Below, piece after piece: positions 1-13,262 of a stretch of DNA of 64,000 bases. The first letter of the stretch is position 1, and the number at the start of each line of letters is the position of its first letter. The stretch is from NCBI GenBank assembly GCA_951406725.2, contig OX597835.1:43648001-43712000 (forward strand). Reading direction: 5' to 3'. The notes below the pieces were generated by a model. The model saw only the letters and a list, made by a program, of their open reading frames with translations. It searched no databases and was not told where the DNA came from. Origin of the DNA: Octopus vulgaris. Its lineage: Eukaryota. Both the position numbers and the translations under genes were made by a program.

Positions 1-329
1 ATTTGACTGCGGCCATGCTGGAGCACCGCCTTTAGTCGAGCACATCGACTCCAGAACTTATTCTATCGGTCTGTTTTGCCGAACCGCGAAGTAACAGGGA
101 TGTAAACACACCAGCATCGGTTGTCAAGCGATGTTGGGGAGACAAACACAGACACACACATATACGACAGGCTTCTTTCAGTTTCCGTCTACCAAATCAA
201 CTCACAAAGCTTTGGTCAGCCCGAGGCTATAGTAGAAGACACTTGCCCAAGGTGCCATGCAGTGGGACTGAACCTGGAACCATGTGGTTGGTAAGCAAGC
301 TACTTACCACACAGCCACTCCTGCGCCTA
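1..329 (-). mobile_element. tRNA-derived SINE, family A (cut by window edge)
   Basis: Minus strand begins AGGCGCAGGAGTGGCTGTGTGGTAAG (A-box-like) ... GGTTCAGTCCC (B-box-like), then GCACCTTGGGCAAGTGTCT and a body with an internal short (CA)/(TA) repeat; close copies at 10243-10657 and 31903-32352. Confidence 0.85.
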
Positions 330-529
330 TCAATTTTTATTATTTTATTATTATTTTTTTCTGGTATTATGTCTTGAGTTCAAATCCCGCCAAAGGACTT
401 TGCCTTTTATCCCTTATATGGTTTAGTTGAAGAAATGAGGGTTGATATAATCAATTAATCTCCCACCCTGACCCCACAAATTTCAGGCTTTGAGCCTATA
501 TTAGAAAGGTTTGTTACTCGTATAATTTC

Positions 530-785
530 TGACAGATCCATCCATGGCATTCTCCATCACATGCAACACATCATGGGACAGATTGCGAATAGATCTGGCT
601 TTGGCAGGGGCAGACCACCAGTTTGGATCAGTCCAAGGTATTTGACAGGGTAGACCATCGCCATCTGGTGGCTGTCCTAAAATCTATCTTCAGAGGCTGC
701 ATCACCGCAATGTAGAGTGGCATTTGTTTGGTGGTCAAATTAAAGAGCAACTTCTTGGAACCTTTCAGCATTGAATGTTTGGTCT
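530..785 (+). pseudogene. Decayed L1/Tx1-like reverse transcriptase fragment
   Basis: Manual translation gives SIHGILHHMQHIM, LDQSKVFDRVDHRHLVAVLK and LEPFSIECLV, resembling the L1/Tx1 RT motif LDxxKAFDRVxH; stops and frameshifts present. Confidence 0.6.
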
Positions 786-936
786 TTGCTAAGAATGCAA
801 TTTTTTTAGTTGAAGGAGATAACCAAAAAGTACTGAATTGTCGACCAAGTCTTGACTGTTGCAGAGATCCAAGATGAAGAATGATCTGATGAAGATTTCT
901 GATCACCCTTTTGCATAGTTACATTGCATAATTAAT

Positions 937-1327
937 GGCATGGCTGTGTGGTAAGAAGCTTGCTTCCTAACCACATGGCTCTGGGTTCAATCCCACTGCA
1001 TAGCATCTTGGGCAAGTGTCTTCTACTATACCTTCAGGCTGATCAAAGCCTTGTGAGCGGATTTGGAAGACGGAAACTGAAAGAAGCCTGTCGTATATTA
1101 TATATACATGCATATGCTATGTGTGTTTCTCCCCCCACCATCGCTTGACAACTGGTGTTGGTGTATTTACGTCCACGTAACGTAGCAGTACAGCAAAAGA
1201 CACTGATAGAATAAGTTCCTGACTTTAAAAAAAAAGGGTCCTATGGTCGATTATTCGACTAAAACCCTTCAAAGTGGGGCTCCAGTATGGTCGCAGTCAA
1301 AGGACTGAAACAAGTCAAAAACAAAAG
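937..1327 (+). mobile_element. SINE family A, full-length diverged copy
   Basis: TGGCTGTGTGGTAAGAAGC ... GGGTTCAATCCC head, then the same body and 3' end (GCAGTCAAAGGACTGAAACAAGT) as the other family A copies. Confidence 0.85.
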
Positions 1328-1465
1328 ATGTTTCTAATTAAAATACCTGTAAATTAACAGAATATTTTCCCCTCTACGTAGCAAACATGTTTTTTTTTAA
1401 AATTAAAGTGTTTTTATTCCTACCCTTAAGTAAAAAAGAAATAAATAAAATAAAAAAAGGGGAAA

Positions 1466-1729
1466 AAGCCTGTCGTATATATGTATATATATATATGTGT
1501 GTGTGTGTGTGTTTGTGTCTGTGTTTGTCCCCCTAGCATTGCTTGACAACCGATGCTGGTGTGTTTACGTCGCCGTCACTTAGCGGTTCGGCAAAACAGA
1601 CCGATAGAATAAGTACTGGGCTTACAAAGAATAAGTCCCGGGGTCGATTTGATCGACTAAAGGCGGTGCTCCAGCATGGCCGCAGTCAAATGACTGAAAC
1701 AAGTAAAAGAGTAAAAGAGTAAAGAGTAA
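1466..1729 (+). mobile_element. SINE family A, 5'-truncated, with (GTAAAAGA)n tail
   Basis: Matches the 3' half of family A; internal (TA)n(TG)n; tail GTAAAAGAGTAAAAGAGTAAAGAGTAA. Confidence 0.8.
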
Positions 1730-1804
1730 TACTTTGTTTTAGGGATTTCATGTAAACTATATTCATACACAAACCTCATTATACCGAAATTTCAATTAAT
1801 TATA

Positions 1805-2148
1805 AAGCTGAGCCTTCCAATCACAGTTTCGGATTCAGTCCCAGAGAATGGCACCTTGGGCAAGTGTCTTCTACTTTCGCCCTGGGCACCGATCAAAGCC
1901 TTGTGAGTGGACTTGGGTAGCTGAAGAAGGAAAGCAGCTCGTTACACACAGACTGTCTGTCTCCGATAATCTGCGTTTGTTTATGTCCCCGTAACTTAGA
2001 GGTTCGACAAAAGAACATCAATAGAATAAGTAACAGACTTAAAACAAACAAAACATAAGAACTGCGGGCGATTCGTTTAACTAAAACCCCCTTTAAGATA
2101 ATGTCCCAGCATGGCCACTGTCCAATGGCTGAAACGAATAAAGGATAA
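1805..2148 (+). mobile_element. SINE family A, older diverged copy
   Basis: GGATTCAGTCCC ... GGCACCTTGGGCAAGTGTCTTCTAC ... CCAGCATGGCCACTGTCCAATGGCTGAAAC. Confidence 0.7.
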
Positions 2149-2289
2149 AATGGTTAATTCTTTCATTCAGGAATTCAGTACGGCACCTTATAAGTAGCCA
2201 CACTGTCGCTTCTCTTACCGAATTCGGTAATCTTTCAGTCTAGAGTGTTTAAAAAGTAAAAAATAAGGAAAGGGGAAATAGTAAGTGGG

Positions 2290-2560
2290 GGGAGGATACT
2301 ATTATACGAAGCAGACCTGGGCTACGGACACCAAAAAGGGAACGAAAGTCTTTGATTTTGGAACTGAATTCCTCCTCCAAATGAATTCGTGTAAATATGA
2401 CACAAATAAATTGTCCGACGTTCCAAATTGTCGCCGTAATTTTCTTTTCACCTCGCATCCACATATTCTCCCCATTTTGCGTGTGGACGTCCTCATTCGT
2501 GCGACCCACAAAGCCCTCCTGGGGCCACAATCCGTGAGGGTCGAAGCCGTCGTTAAGGCT
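2290..2560 (-). pseudogene. Merlin / IS1595-like (ISXO2 domain) transposase C-terminal fragment
   Basis: Two overlapping frames give VHTQNGENMWMR and VKRKLRRQFGTSDNLFVSYLHEFIWRR, matching the HTQxIExxW ... YLxEFxWR signature of ISXO2-like transposases. Confidence 0.75.
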
Positions 2561-3681
2561 TCGTTTCTATTTACTTTTTTAAACACCATAAACCGAAAGA
2601 TTACCCCGAATTCCACAATAATTCTTCAGCGAAACAGCAAAGCAGTCAGCTTATCACAGCAGCACCACAGAGACGGATCGAACCCCGCATTTGGCCATTG
2701 TTCCTTACCTTTGCAGTCTTCGCTGGAAAAATGTTGACCTGACGCCGCCATCTTCAACAGTTGAATCTCATTACGGGCGGTGTAAAGCTAAAATAATCCC
2801 CAACACAGAAAAAGTGCCCCAGTCCAGACAAAAGCATAAATATTTCGATAGAAGCTCATTCACCTTATACAAAGATAAAATAGAGAAATGATGGCCCCGC
2901 GCTCTCTCGACCTGCTAGAAAATGTTACTAAATATCCCTCAAATACACGCTATTGTCTTAAACAGATATGTGTATGGGAACGTGTATGTTTTAGGGGAGG
3001 GCTTGTGTCTTCAGAATAATGTAATTAAATTAAATTTAATGTAATTAAATTAATTTAGTAGATTCATCGTTATTTACAAAAGTAATCGAGACAAAGGCGC
3101 TATTTAATTGGAAATAATTTCTAAAAATAAAAGTGATAAAAAAAATTTAATGTACAAGGGGAGCAACTCTTGGCAAATATTAACAGGAGTTAACTCCCAT
3201 AACTGTTTTGTAATACAACTATATTTATAATTTAAGAGAGTGTAGACTATTGAAAAGGTTGCAAGACGCAAAGTGGAAATTGTACCGGTGAGTGTGTTAA
3301 ATAATAAGGCACTAAAAGATAATGACTCTCCCCAGACACAACAGTTTATAATTTAAGACATCTAAGAAATCAAAGAAAATTGACAAAAACAAAATCCGAA
3401 CGTCATGAGACTCAAAACATTGCGGATTGTTTTTGTACTTGCGCCATTCTCTGTATTGAAATCACTTTTAAAAATCGTATTTTCATTTTTGCCTTTAAAA
3501 ATGGTACAGCATGGAGATAGGACCCAAGTGAAAACATTTGATAATATAGTTTATACATATACCTTGAATGAAGTTTTATAAACATTTTAAATAATTTTTT
3601 ATGCATAATATCATATAAAAGGTACGCCTACAATATTATGTTTTGATTGATACGTTATAGTACATGTATGTCACCTGTATT

Positions 3682-4044
3682 TTCTTCTTCTTCTTCTTCT
3701 TCTTCTTCTTCTTCTTCTTCTTCTTCTTCTTCTTCTTCTTCTTCTTCTTCTTCTTCTTCTTCTTGTATGCATGCATGTATGTATGTATGTATGTATGTAT
3801 GTATGTATGTATGTATGTATGTATGTGTGTGTGTATGTATGTATGTATGTATGTATGTATGTATGTATGTATGCATGCATGTATGTATGTATGTATGTAT
3901 GTATGTATGTATGTATGTATGTATGTATGTATGTATGTATGTATGTATGTATGTATGTATGTATGTATGTATGTATGTATGTATGTATGTGTGTGTGTGT
4001 ATGCATTTATGTACGTACATACGTACGCACGTATGTTTGTATGT
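3682..4044. repeat. Compound microsatellite (TTC)n followed by (GTAT)n
   Basis: Direct reading. Confidence 0.97.
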
Positions 4045-4960
4045 ATGTATGTGCAGATTTGTATGTTTTATGTATGCCTTCTCATGCATATAGTTGCATA
4101 TCTAGACACGATCATATATACTGAAATGGTAAACTTCCGAAAGTTTTACAGATTTTTACAGTTCCTGTGATGGTTTGGATCTGTAGTCTTCGAATTAGTT
4201 TTCTCCTTTCAGATTTTGAAAAGCCTAATTTCTCATGATTGGTATTTAGGCAGTGTGTTACATAACTCAGCGCCCCAATAATTACAGGTATAAACCTCAA
4301 CTTGTAATCTGGATAGAGTAACTGCAGATTTCTCAATAGTTCAGCGTAGATATTCTCTTTTTCACTGGTATTCAGCTTTTTGTAAACATCCACTGAGCAG
4401 CTAATTTCAATAACTGTGCTCAGTATCTCTTCTTTATTCCAAATCATTATATCAGGTCCGTTGTGCTTACATTTTATTGGCACATTCCACCGGTATTCCT
4501 TATTATTATGAGGGCTTCTGCCATATTGTACGTTTTTATTTCTTTGTCCCCGGGATTTTCCTTCTCACGGATTTCATTATAGAGTGTCCTAGCTACAATG
4601 TCATGTCTCATCGGTAAATAATACAGTGATGACATATTCGGACAACTGCTTATGATATGGGTGATATCTTCAGTGTGAACCCCACAAAGTCTGCATCGGT
4701 TGTCACATTTTACGGCTTTTCCTGCATCTGTATCCCTTTTGTGCATCAGGTACTTGGTTGATATTTCCTGTTCCTGGATTGCTAACACATGCCTTTCAAA
4801 GTGGGAGGTAGTAAATCCAGTTATGCGTCCATGACAAACTTCTTTGTTGATCGATATTACTATCACCACGGGGCTTTCTACTAACATATCCATACATAGT
4901 CTTCTACTCATATAGGCTCATCCTTTCATCTAATAATACGCTGCGGTAGAGTCTCGTCTG
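4045..4960 (-). mobile_element. 5'-truncated RLE-type (R4-clade-like) non-LTR retrotransposon, (TACA)n-associated family
   Basis: AIQEQEISTK, CRLCGVHTEDITHIISSC (CCHC knuckle), RHD, PDIMIW ... VIEISC (PD..E endonuclease), FIPVIIGAL; 3' UTR ends AATCTGCACATACATAC running into (TACA)n; homologous to 44541-45113. Confidence 0.85.
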
Positions 4961-5050
4961 CTGTATGTAGTCTCGGACTGTAACCTTGAAACGGCCAATG
5001 CATTGAGAGGGAATCTGGTGGACGAAAACTGTGTGGAAGCCTATCGTATC

Positions 5051-5053
<3 letters not shown>

Positions 5054-5082
<29 letters not shown>

Positions 5083-5941
5083 CATACATACATACATACA
5101 TACATACATACATACACACATAATACATACATACACACATACATACATACATACACACATACATACATACATACACACCCACATACATACATATATACGT
5201 ACATACATGCATACATACATACATACACACACATACATACATACATGCATACATACATGCATACATACATACATACATACATACATACATACATACATAC
5301 ATACATACATGCATGCATACATACATACACACACATACATACATACATACATACATACATACATACATACATACATACATACACACATACATACATACAT
5401 ACATGCATACATACACACATACATACATACATACATACATACATACATGCATGCATACATACATACATACATACATACATGCATACATGCATACATACAC
5501 ACATACATACATACATACATACACACACACATACATACATACATACATACATACATACATACATACACACATACATACATACACACATACATACATACAT
5601 ACATACACACATACATACATACACACACATACATACATACATACATACATACATACATACATACATACACACATACATACATACATACATACACACATAC
5701 ATACATACACACATACATACATACACACACATACATACATACATGCATACATACATACATACACACATACATACATACACACATACATACATACATGCAT
5801 ACATACATACACACATACATACATACATACACACACACATACATATATACATACATACATACATACATGCATACATACATACATACACACACATACATAC
5901 ATACATGCATACATACATACACACACGCACACACACACACA
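5054..5941. repeat. (TACA)n / (CA)n microsatellite, about 0.9 kb
   Basis: Direct reading; starts just after a SINE-A mid-body fragment (GGAAGCCTATCGTAT). Confidence 0.97.
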
Positions 5942-5944
5942 TAA

Positions 5945-6420
5945 ATTTAATTTATATTTCAAACAAACACCATTTTCCCTTATTAATTCATTATTTAAGA
6001 AAAAACAATCTTCCATTCGTTAAATTATACAAATTTCACATTTGATATTACTGAAGAGCAGAAGGGTTGTCTATAAATGCATATCAACATAGGATTCCAT
6101 TATTCTATATTATCGAAGTCTATGAACTATATTTGGAATACAGGACAATACAATGGATTTTACACACAACTTTTATGGATTATTACAGAAGACTAACCAA
6201 GGAAGTATATATGGATTTGAAGACTCTCATACTAAAGTGAACTTACCAAAATCAAAAGCAGTAATTCTTAATTTATATTTCAAACAAACACCATTTTATC
6301 ATATTACTTCAATTAAAAAAAAAAACTACCATTTGATATATTATGCAAAATTCAAATTTTATATCTCTGAAGAGCAGAAGAGTTGTCTATAAATGCTTAT
6401 CAATATAGGATTTCCTTATA
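5945..6420. repeat. Imperfect tandem duplication, unit about 315-320 bp
   Basis: TTTAATTTATATTTCAAACAAACACCATTTT occurs near 5946 and 6267; CTGAAGAGCAGAAGRGTTGTCTATAAATGC near 6051 and 6366. Confidence 0.8.
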
Positions 6421-6638
6421 GGGACAGCACTTCTACGAAACGATCGTAAGATGCTTTAAAAACTTAATTCAAATCTTTTAAACTGTCATATTTATTATTA
6501 TATATTTATATATTTATACTTATACATATTTGCATATATTTATATATATTCATATTTTTAATACAACACTTATTTTACACACGTATATATCTTTCTGAAG
6601 AATTTTCTAATATTGATTCCTGACATTAATAATAATAT

Positions 6639-6768
<130 letters not shown>

Positions 6769-7399
6769 ATGTGTTGTGTTTGCTCCCCCACATCGTTTGA
6801 AAACTGATACTCCTCTTGTTTGCGTTCCATCAGCAGTTCAACAAATCGATAAAACTAGAAAAGCACTCGGAGAGTGCAGACGTCCACCAAGCAGCTCATT
6901 TCCACCCTTATACACATGCTGAAAATCGCCCAATTTCCCAAACCAAAGCAGGCAAAAACATAACCTCCTCCCATATTTATCTCGACCATCGTCATCATCA
7001 ACACTGTCTCTGTTTTCACCACAATCACCGTCAGAACTACGATCACCACAATCAGTTTCTTTACACTGTTGAAAATCCATTATCCGATACTCATGGGACC
7101 GAGATTGTTGCAGATTTTTGATTTTTCTAATTTCTGAGTGCTTTATTTAAAAAAATTGCACCTACAAAACGGAACAGTTTGAGGATAGAAACCAGGTCTA
7201 AACACAATAGCTTATAGACATACTCTGAATGTAGTTCTATATAAATCTTTGATAATTTTTTTATACTTAAGATCATCAGAAATGTTAAGATATCAGCCTC
7301 TACCCACGTTGTTATGCTTTGATTAGAAGGTTGCAGCATAGATTAGATTACTTAGATAAGTTTCGGCTGAAGTTGACTATGGCCATGTCTAATTTAATA

Positions 7400-7830
7400 G
7401 CACCACCTGGAAGAGATACACAGTCACCTCAGGGGAACCGTAGCCCATTCAAGCAGAGGGTTATTGTTTTCAGAGACATATCTGGGTGTGGGTAGTTCAT
7501 CTGGTATTTGTTGGGGGTAATTATCTAGGGATTGTTTGAATGCCGTGAAGTCATTTTCCTCCTTTATATGTGTCTGGCACGATGTTGAAGAGAGCAGGGC
7601 CAATTGAGGTGAAATAGTTCTGTCATAGTGTTGTGATACGACACGAACATTTTAGAAATAGACGGATGGCATAGGGACAAAGCCTCAGACAAATTTTAAC
7701 GATGGGCAATGTTGATGGAATATTTTCCACATCATACGGATGACATAGAGCTCACAGTGGCGGTGGAGGAAGCAAAGCCTAAGCTTTTTGAGTCGATCCC
7801 AATAGTCAAGGCTTGTCATGTCATCCTCCG
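7400..7830 (-). pseudogene. CR1-group LINE 3' ORF2 relic
   Basis: Manual translation MTSLDYWDRLKKLRLCFLHRH ... MWKI, then GPALFN-like segment, resembling the YxxRLxxLxLxxLxxRR C-terminus of CR1-group ORF2. Confidence 0.65.
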
Positions 7831-7988
7831 CAGCCCTCCGCTAAGCAGCTCATTTTAAGATAGATACACGAGTAAAATTACTAATAGAGAAACGAAAATA
7901 AACTTTGGAAACAGCAACGCCACCATAAGTTACGTGCAAACAATGAACGTGTTTTCAAGGGAGATAATCAAAGAATGTAACATTGTAA

Positions 7989-8371
7989 TCTCTCTCTATA
8001 TAAACGGCAGTTTGTCTGTGTGTGTGTCTGTGTGTCTGTTAGGTTGTACCCTCACCCTGACCACGGCTTTCAACCGATTCTGATGAAACTTGACACACAC
8101 ATAGCCCAATGTCATAATTCAAAACTAACGCAGCGAAAATTTTGAAAAGTTCCCCCAGTTCTGAAAAAAATCGATAAATTCGACATGGGGTCGAGAATCA
8201 GAAACACAAACCACAGGCTGTCTAGGGGACGCAACTCCACCTTTTTAACTCTCAAAAAAATTTACCATAATTTTTTTTCCATTTGTTTGCTATTTTTTGG
8301 CTATAACTCTCTAAAAATGCTTTATAGTTATTTCTCTTACAAACCCGAGCAACGCCGGGCGATACTGCTAG
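7989..8371 (+). mobile_element. Non-autonomous Helitron
   Basis: 5' TC start, 3' hairpin CCCGAGCAACGCCGGG about 8 nt before terminal CTAG, inserted between host A and T; 3' end shared with 30448-30750. Confidence 0.85.
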
Positions 8372-8394
8372 TATTTCATGTAAAGTAAACATAA

Positions 8395-8577
8395 CAAATG
8401 AAGAATCCTTCAAGAATCCATAAAAATCCCCGGATCACTACCAAAATTTTCATCATCTGTTCCTTGTGTCATTACCAACTTTTCCTGCAAGTTTCATCAA
8501 AAACCGGTCACAACTTTTTGAGTTATTTTGCACACAGACGATGAAAATATAACCTCCTTCCTTGGCGGAGGTAATAA
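8395..8577 (+). mobile_element. Helentron-associated (HINE/DINE-1-like) element 3' part
   Basis: AAGTTTCATCAAAAACCGGTCACAACTTTTTGAGTTAT ... ACAGAC ... ATAACCTCCTTCCTTGGCGGAGGTAATAA terminal hairpin, an organisation typical of HINEs. Confidence 0.6.
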
Positions 8578-8733
8578 GTAGCAGACTTAGAAAAATAAGT
8601 CTTGGGGTTTACTGGATATTCAGCTTGTTTTGGTCACAATGTGTTTTGATATTAGAGACAAGCACACACACACACACAGACATACACACACACACGAATA
8701 AACACACACACGCATAAACACACAGAGTAAGGA

Positions 8734-8764
<31 letters not shown>

Positions 8765-9387
8765 GGGAGCAAATGAAAGAGAGGAATAGAATGATGAATG
8801 AAGAAACGTTAAAACGTCTGATGTCAAATAAGTCAGCATCAAATCATCGACGCCGAAATCGCTGCGCCAAAACGTCTCAAATCCCTTAGCTACATCACAC
8901 GCTTTTACAGCACTCCTCACTCTCCAAATACACCTTATTCTTTCTCCAAGGAACAATAAGGCTTTCGTTCTTTCCATTTCCATTTTATGTAATCGCAAAT
9001 CTGGTGAAACAATACGAACTCGTATAATCGATAATCGATCGCGCAGTTGCTTAATTTCGTCTGATGGATTAGCATAAATTCATGCCAATTTGACTCCCAA
9101 TATTCTTTTTGTGTGTTTTAAGTTCTAGGAATTCAGACCAGCAATTGTGATTATAATCCAGTTTGGTTAATTAACTAATTATCAATATTCTACTATTATA
9201 ACAATACTTCGAAATTAGAGTTTTGAACTATATTGTATATATGTGTTTGTCACCTTGTCATCTGTCTCCATATTGATTATTGTAAATATCAATAATCACA
9301 TGAAATAATACTGATAGAACGCTTTTAGGTACTGGCACGCATTTGTAGGTTGTAGAAGACTTTAATTCTTCTTTTTTCTCTATTTAA

Positions 9388-9606
9388 CACTTTAGTATTT
9401 AAACCGGCCATATCCGGCCAAAATATTTAATCTGTTTTATGTTCAAACTGACCAGATCCAGGCTCTCACACCTACCCCACAATGTTATTCTACATTAAGT
9501 AATTACACCATCAAGATCTTGAAGATATGAGATAATGCTTGATTAATTCAAATCAATGGGAATCAATAAGCATTATGTTTGATAGAATAATCTGAATACT
9601 AAAGGG
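9388..9606. mobile_element. piggyBac-type MITE (219 bp)
   Basis: TTAA|CACTTTAGTATT ... AATACTAAAGGG|TTAA: terminal inverted repeats with one mismatch and a TTAA target duplication. Confidence 0.8.
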
Positions 9607-10242
9607 TTAAAGAAGGCTGTCTGCTATATCTTAAGCGACCCATTACACTCCAGTTTGCCTATTGACTAGTAACCCGTTGTGCCCCGCTTATGAATTTCCT
9701 TGAATTTCAGAATTTCCAAAGATACTTCTGTTATTCAAAATAACATAGGCAAAAAAGAGATACTCTGCATTTCCCCCCAAAAATCCAAATCTTCAGTATT
9801 TCTTGCAGCGGTGGTGCTCCAGCATGGCTGCGGTCAAATGGCACACAAGTAAATGATCCTTTCTACTCAAGGCGCAAGGCTTGAAATTTGTGGGGAGGGC
9901 TAACTCGACCTCATCGACCCCATAACGATAAAAAAACTGGTTGGTCTCAGGATTGAGATCTGTGATCCAGAATCAGGAACTCGGAAAGGAATCACCAGGG
10001 AGAATACGACATCCATATTAGCCGGAGAGACGATGCAATTCATAACGACTGCTCCATCATACGCCCTGGCTTAGAGTTGGAAGAAAACGACGAAAATTTG
10101 ACAAATGACTCATTATGCCCCACTCCCCCCTACATTCTAATTTTGTATGGGGTTTGCATCTAAGAACGCATAAACACAAGCACACATACACACGTATACA
10201 CACACGCACACACATATACATATATACATATATATATATTCT

Positions 10243-10657
10243 TTTATTCTTTTACTTGTTTCAGTCATTTGATTGCGGCCATGCTGGGCACCGCCTTTAG
10301 TCGAACAAATCGACCCCGGGACTTAATCGTTGTAAGCCTAGTACTTATTCTGTCGGTCTCTTTTGCCGAACCGTTATATTACGGGGACGTAAACTCACCA
10401 ACATCGGTTATCAAATGATGGTTGGCGGGGACAAACACAGACACACAAATACCCCACCACACACACACACACACACACATATAAATATATATACGACGGG
10501 CTTCTTTCCGTTTCCGTCTACCAAATCTACTCACAAGGCTTTGGTCGGCCCGAGGCTATAGTAGGAGACATTTTCCCAAAGTACCATGGAGTGGGACTGA
10601 ACCCGGTACCATGTGATTGGTAAACAAGCTATTTACCACACAACTACTCCTGCGCCT
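10243..10657 (-). mobile_element. SINE family A, full length
   Basis: Same head, body and tail as 1-329; internal (CA)n(TA)n. Confidence 0.85.
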
Positions 10658-10751
10658 ATATATGTATACACACACACACACACACATCCATTTTATTCAT
10701 GTTTGTTTTACCTTAACATATATATATATATATATATTATACATACATACT

Positions 10752-10950
10752 TCGTCCACGTCTTTTGCTCCGACGTTTTTTTGTCCGATGATTTTTTTTG
10801 TCCAACGACTTTTTGTCCAATTTTAAATAAAATCTTCAGAAAACAAGGTGAACATCAAAATCAAATAATCATTGAGGATTTCATTGATAGGATTTGTCAA
10901 TAGGACAAAAAAACCATCGGACAAAGAGACGTCGGACGAAAAGACATAGC
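10752..10950. mobile_element. Small fold-back element / MITE with internally repetitive inverted termini
   Basis: GTCTTTTGCTCCGACGTTTTTTTGTCCGATG at left is inverted relative to CATCGGACAAAGAGACGTCGGACGAAAAGAC at right. Confidence 0.6.
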
Positions 10951-11470
10951 AGCCTTCTCCATCGCCCAGCTAACATCAATACAGCTGTTATGGACTGGAT
11001 TCATAAGTTTCACTTTCGTTTTAAATTTAATTCGCCTCGAACTCTTATCTAAGTTCACAAGGGCGTCGGAAAAATGAAGGATAATAGATCGTTATGGCCA
11101 GACAACATCCTTGCTGAAATTTTCAATTTAGGCGGACAAATTTTGCCAGAGCCTGATCGGAACGCTTGCAAAAGAGCAAACGCGGCAAAAGAGACACAGG
11201 ACAGTAACAACGCTGGGTGTGTTTCGGTCTTATTAGCCCTCCTCAGTGGCGCTTAGTAAAAATAAAACCACGACATTATTTTTCTACAGAAAGACTATAC
11301 TTTACAGGGGATAAAAGAATGAAGGGGGGGGATACTGAATTTACGGTTCTTATTGGAGTCTACTTTTGTTGTTGCTATTAACGATGATGATGATGATGAT
11401 GATGAGGGGGAGGATGATGATGAAGATGTTGTTGTTTGCTATTACAACTATGATCATTATTGCTGTTGGA

Positions 11471-11710
11471 GGGCGGTGAACACGCCGGGGCAAAATACTT
11501 AGCTGTATTCCGCCCAGCTTTACGTTCTGAGTTCAAATTCCGCCAAGGTCGACTTAGCATTTCATCCTTTCAGGAGGAAGGGAGGGAGGGAGGGGGGAAT
11601 TCGATAAAATAAGTACCAGTTGAGCAATGGGGTCGTTGTTATTGACTAGCCCCCACCCCCACCCCCACCCAATCCATCAACCTCGTTTGGCCTTAAGCCA
11701 AAATTTGAAA
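11471..11710 (+). mobile_element. SINE family B (Nin/Deu-like core), diverged
   Basis: GAGTTCAAATTCC B-box, GGTCGACTTAGCATTTCATCCTTTC ... CGATAAAATAAGTACCAG. Confidence 0.7.
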
Positions 11711-12115
11711 CCACCGTTATTGCAGTTGTTGCTGTTGTTGTTGTAACTGAAACTAAAACAACCGTTGTGCTGCCATTTTTTGCTACGCCCACTGATGTTG
11801 TTCTTGTTGCTATTATTGTAATCAATGCCGTTAATTGCTGTTGTCGCATTTGTCGTTGCTGCTGCTGCTGCTGTTGCTGCTGTTCTTGTTATTGTTGTTC
11901 TTGTTATTGCTGTCGTCGTCATCATCGTCGTTACTGTTGTGGTTATTCTTGTTGTTATTCTTGTTGTTGTTGTTGTTGTTATTATTCTGCAATCAACTTT
12001 GTCATTTATTGTCGTTGTTGTCTTTGCCCTTATTCTTCTTCCTGAAACTAATATCATTGCAACCATTATTGTTAAATTATTACTATTATAATTATTATTG
12101 TTGTTGTTGTTGTTG

Positions 12116-12192
<77 letters not shown>

Positions 12193-12202
12193 GTTATTAT
12201 TG

Positions 12203-12735
12203 AGTGAGAGAGAAGTTCATGCCATCAAAGTGACACTGGGGTAAAATATACGAAGCCCAATATACCCATCATGACTACCCGTCTGATAAAGGTACACCAG
12301 GCACATGCATCACAACCATATGTGCGCGACATGGTGATCTCATATCAAGATAAACAGCACATGACCTTTGCAGGTGGGGCCCAGTTAGAATTTTCTTCAG
12401 GTTGAGTAGCCCATCCCGCTCAAACGGTCCCTGAATAAGGGTTGTTTAAGGATGTTGAAAGAACCACCCATGTTTCCAGAGGTGAACTATTCAAACCCCA
12501 AAGAATCCCTCTCAACACATGGCTATGATGCTCCCCCACTACTTCTGCTCGTGATCAGAGATGCACATATCGTCAGCCACTAAGGGACATGCTCAACTGG
12601 TTAAGGCCAAACAACTGACAAGCAAATCTGTGGTATTGAGCAGAATATTTGCTGTAGCCCATCTTTTATACCAAGACAAAACAATGTACATGATAACACT
12701 TCCAATCAGTTAAGATCAGAAGCCATGAGAGCCAC
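12203..12735. mobile_element. Non-coding 0.53-kb interspersed element embedded in (TAA)n
   Basis: Sharp boundaries with (TTA)n on both sides; second partial copy at about 48010-48203; no ORF. Confidence 0.65.

Positions 12736-13262
<527 letters not shown>

Noticed and set aside
11215-11255. Minus-strand CTGAGGA-GGGCT-aata-AGACC-GAAAC
   Set aside because: Stem III/cleavage triplet and stem I do not form; too degenerate to call a hammerhead
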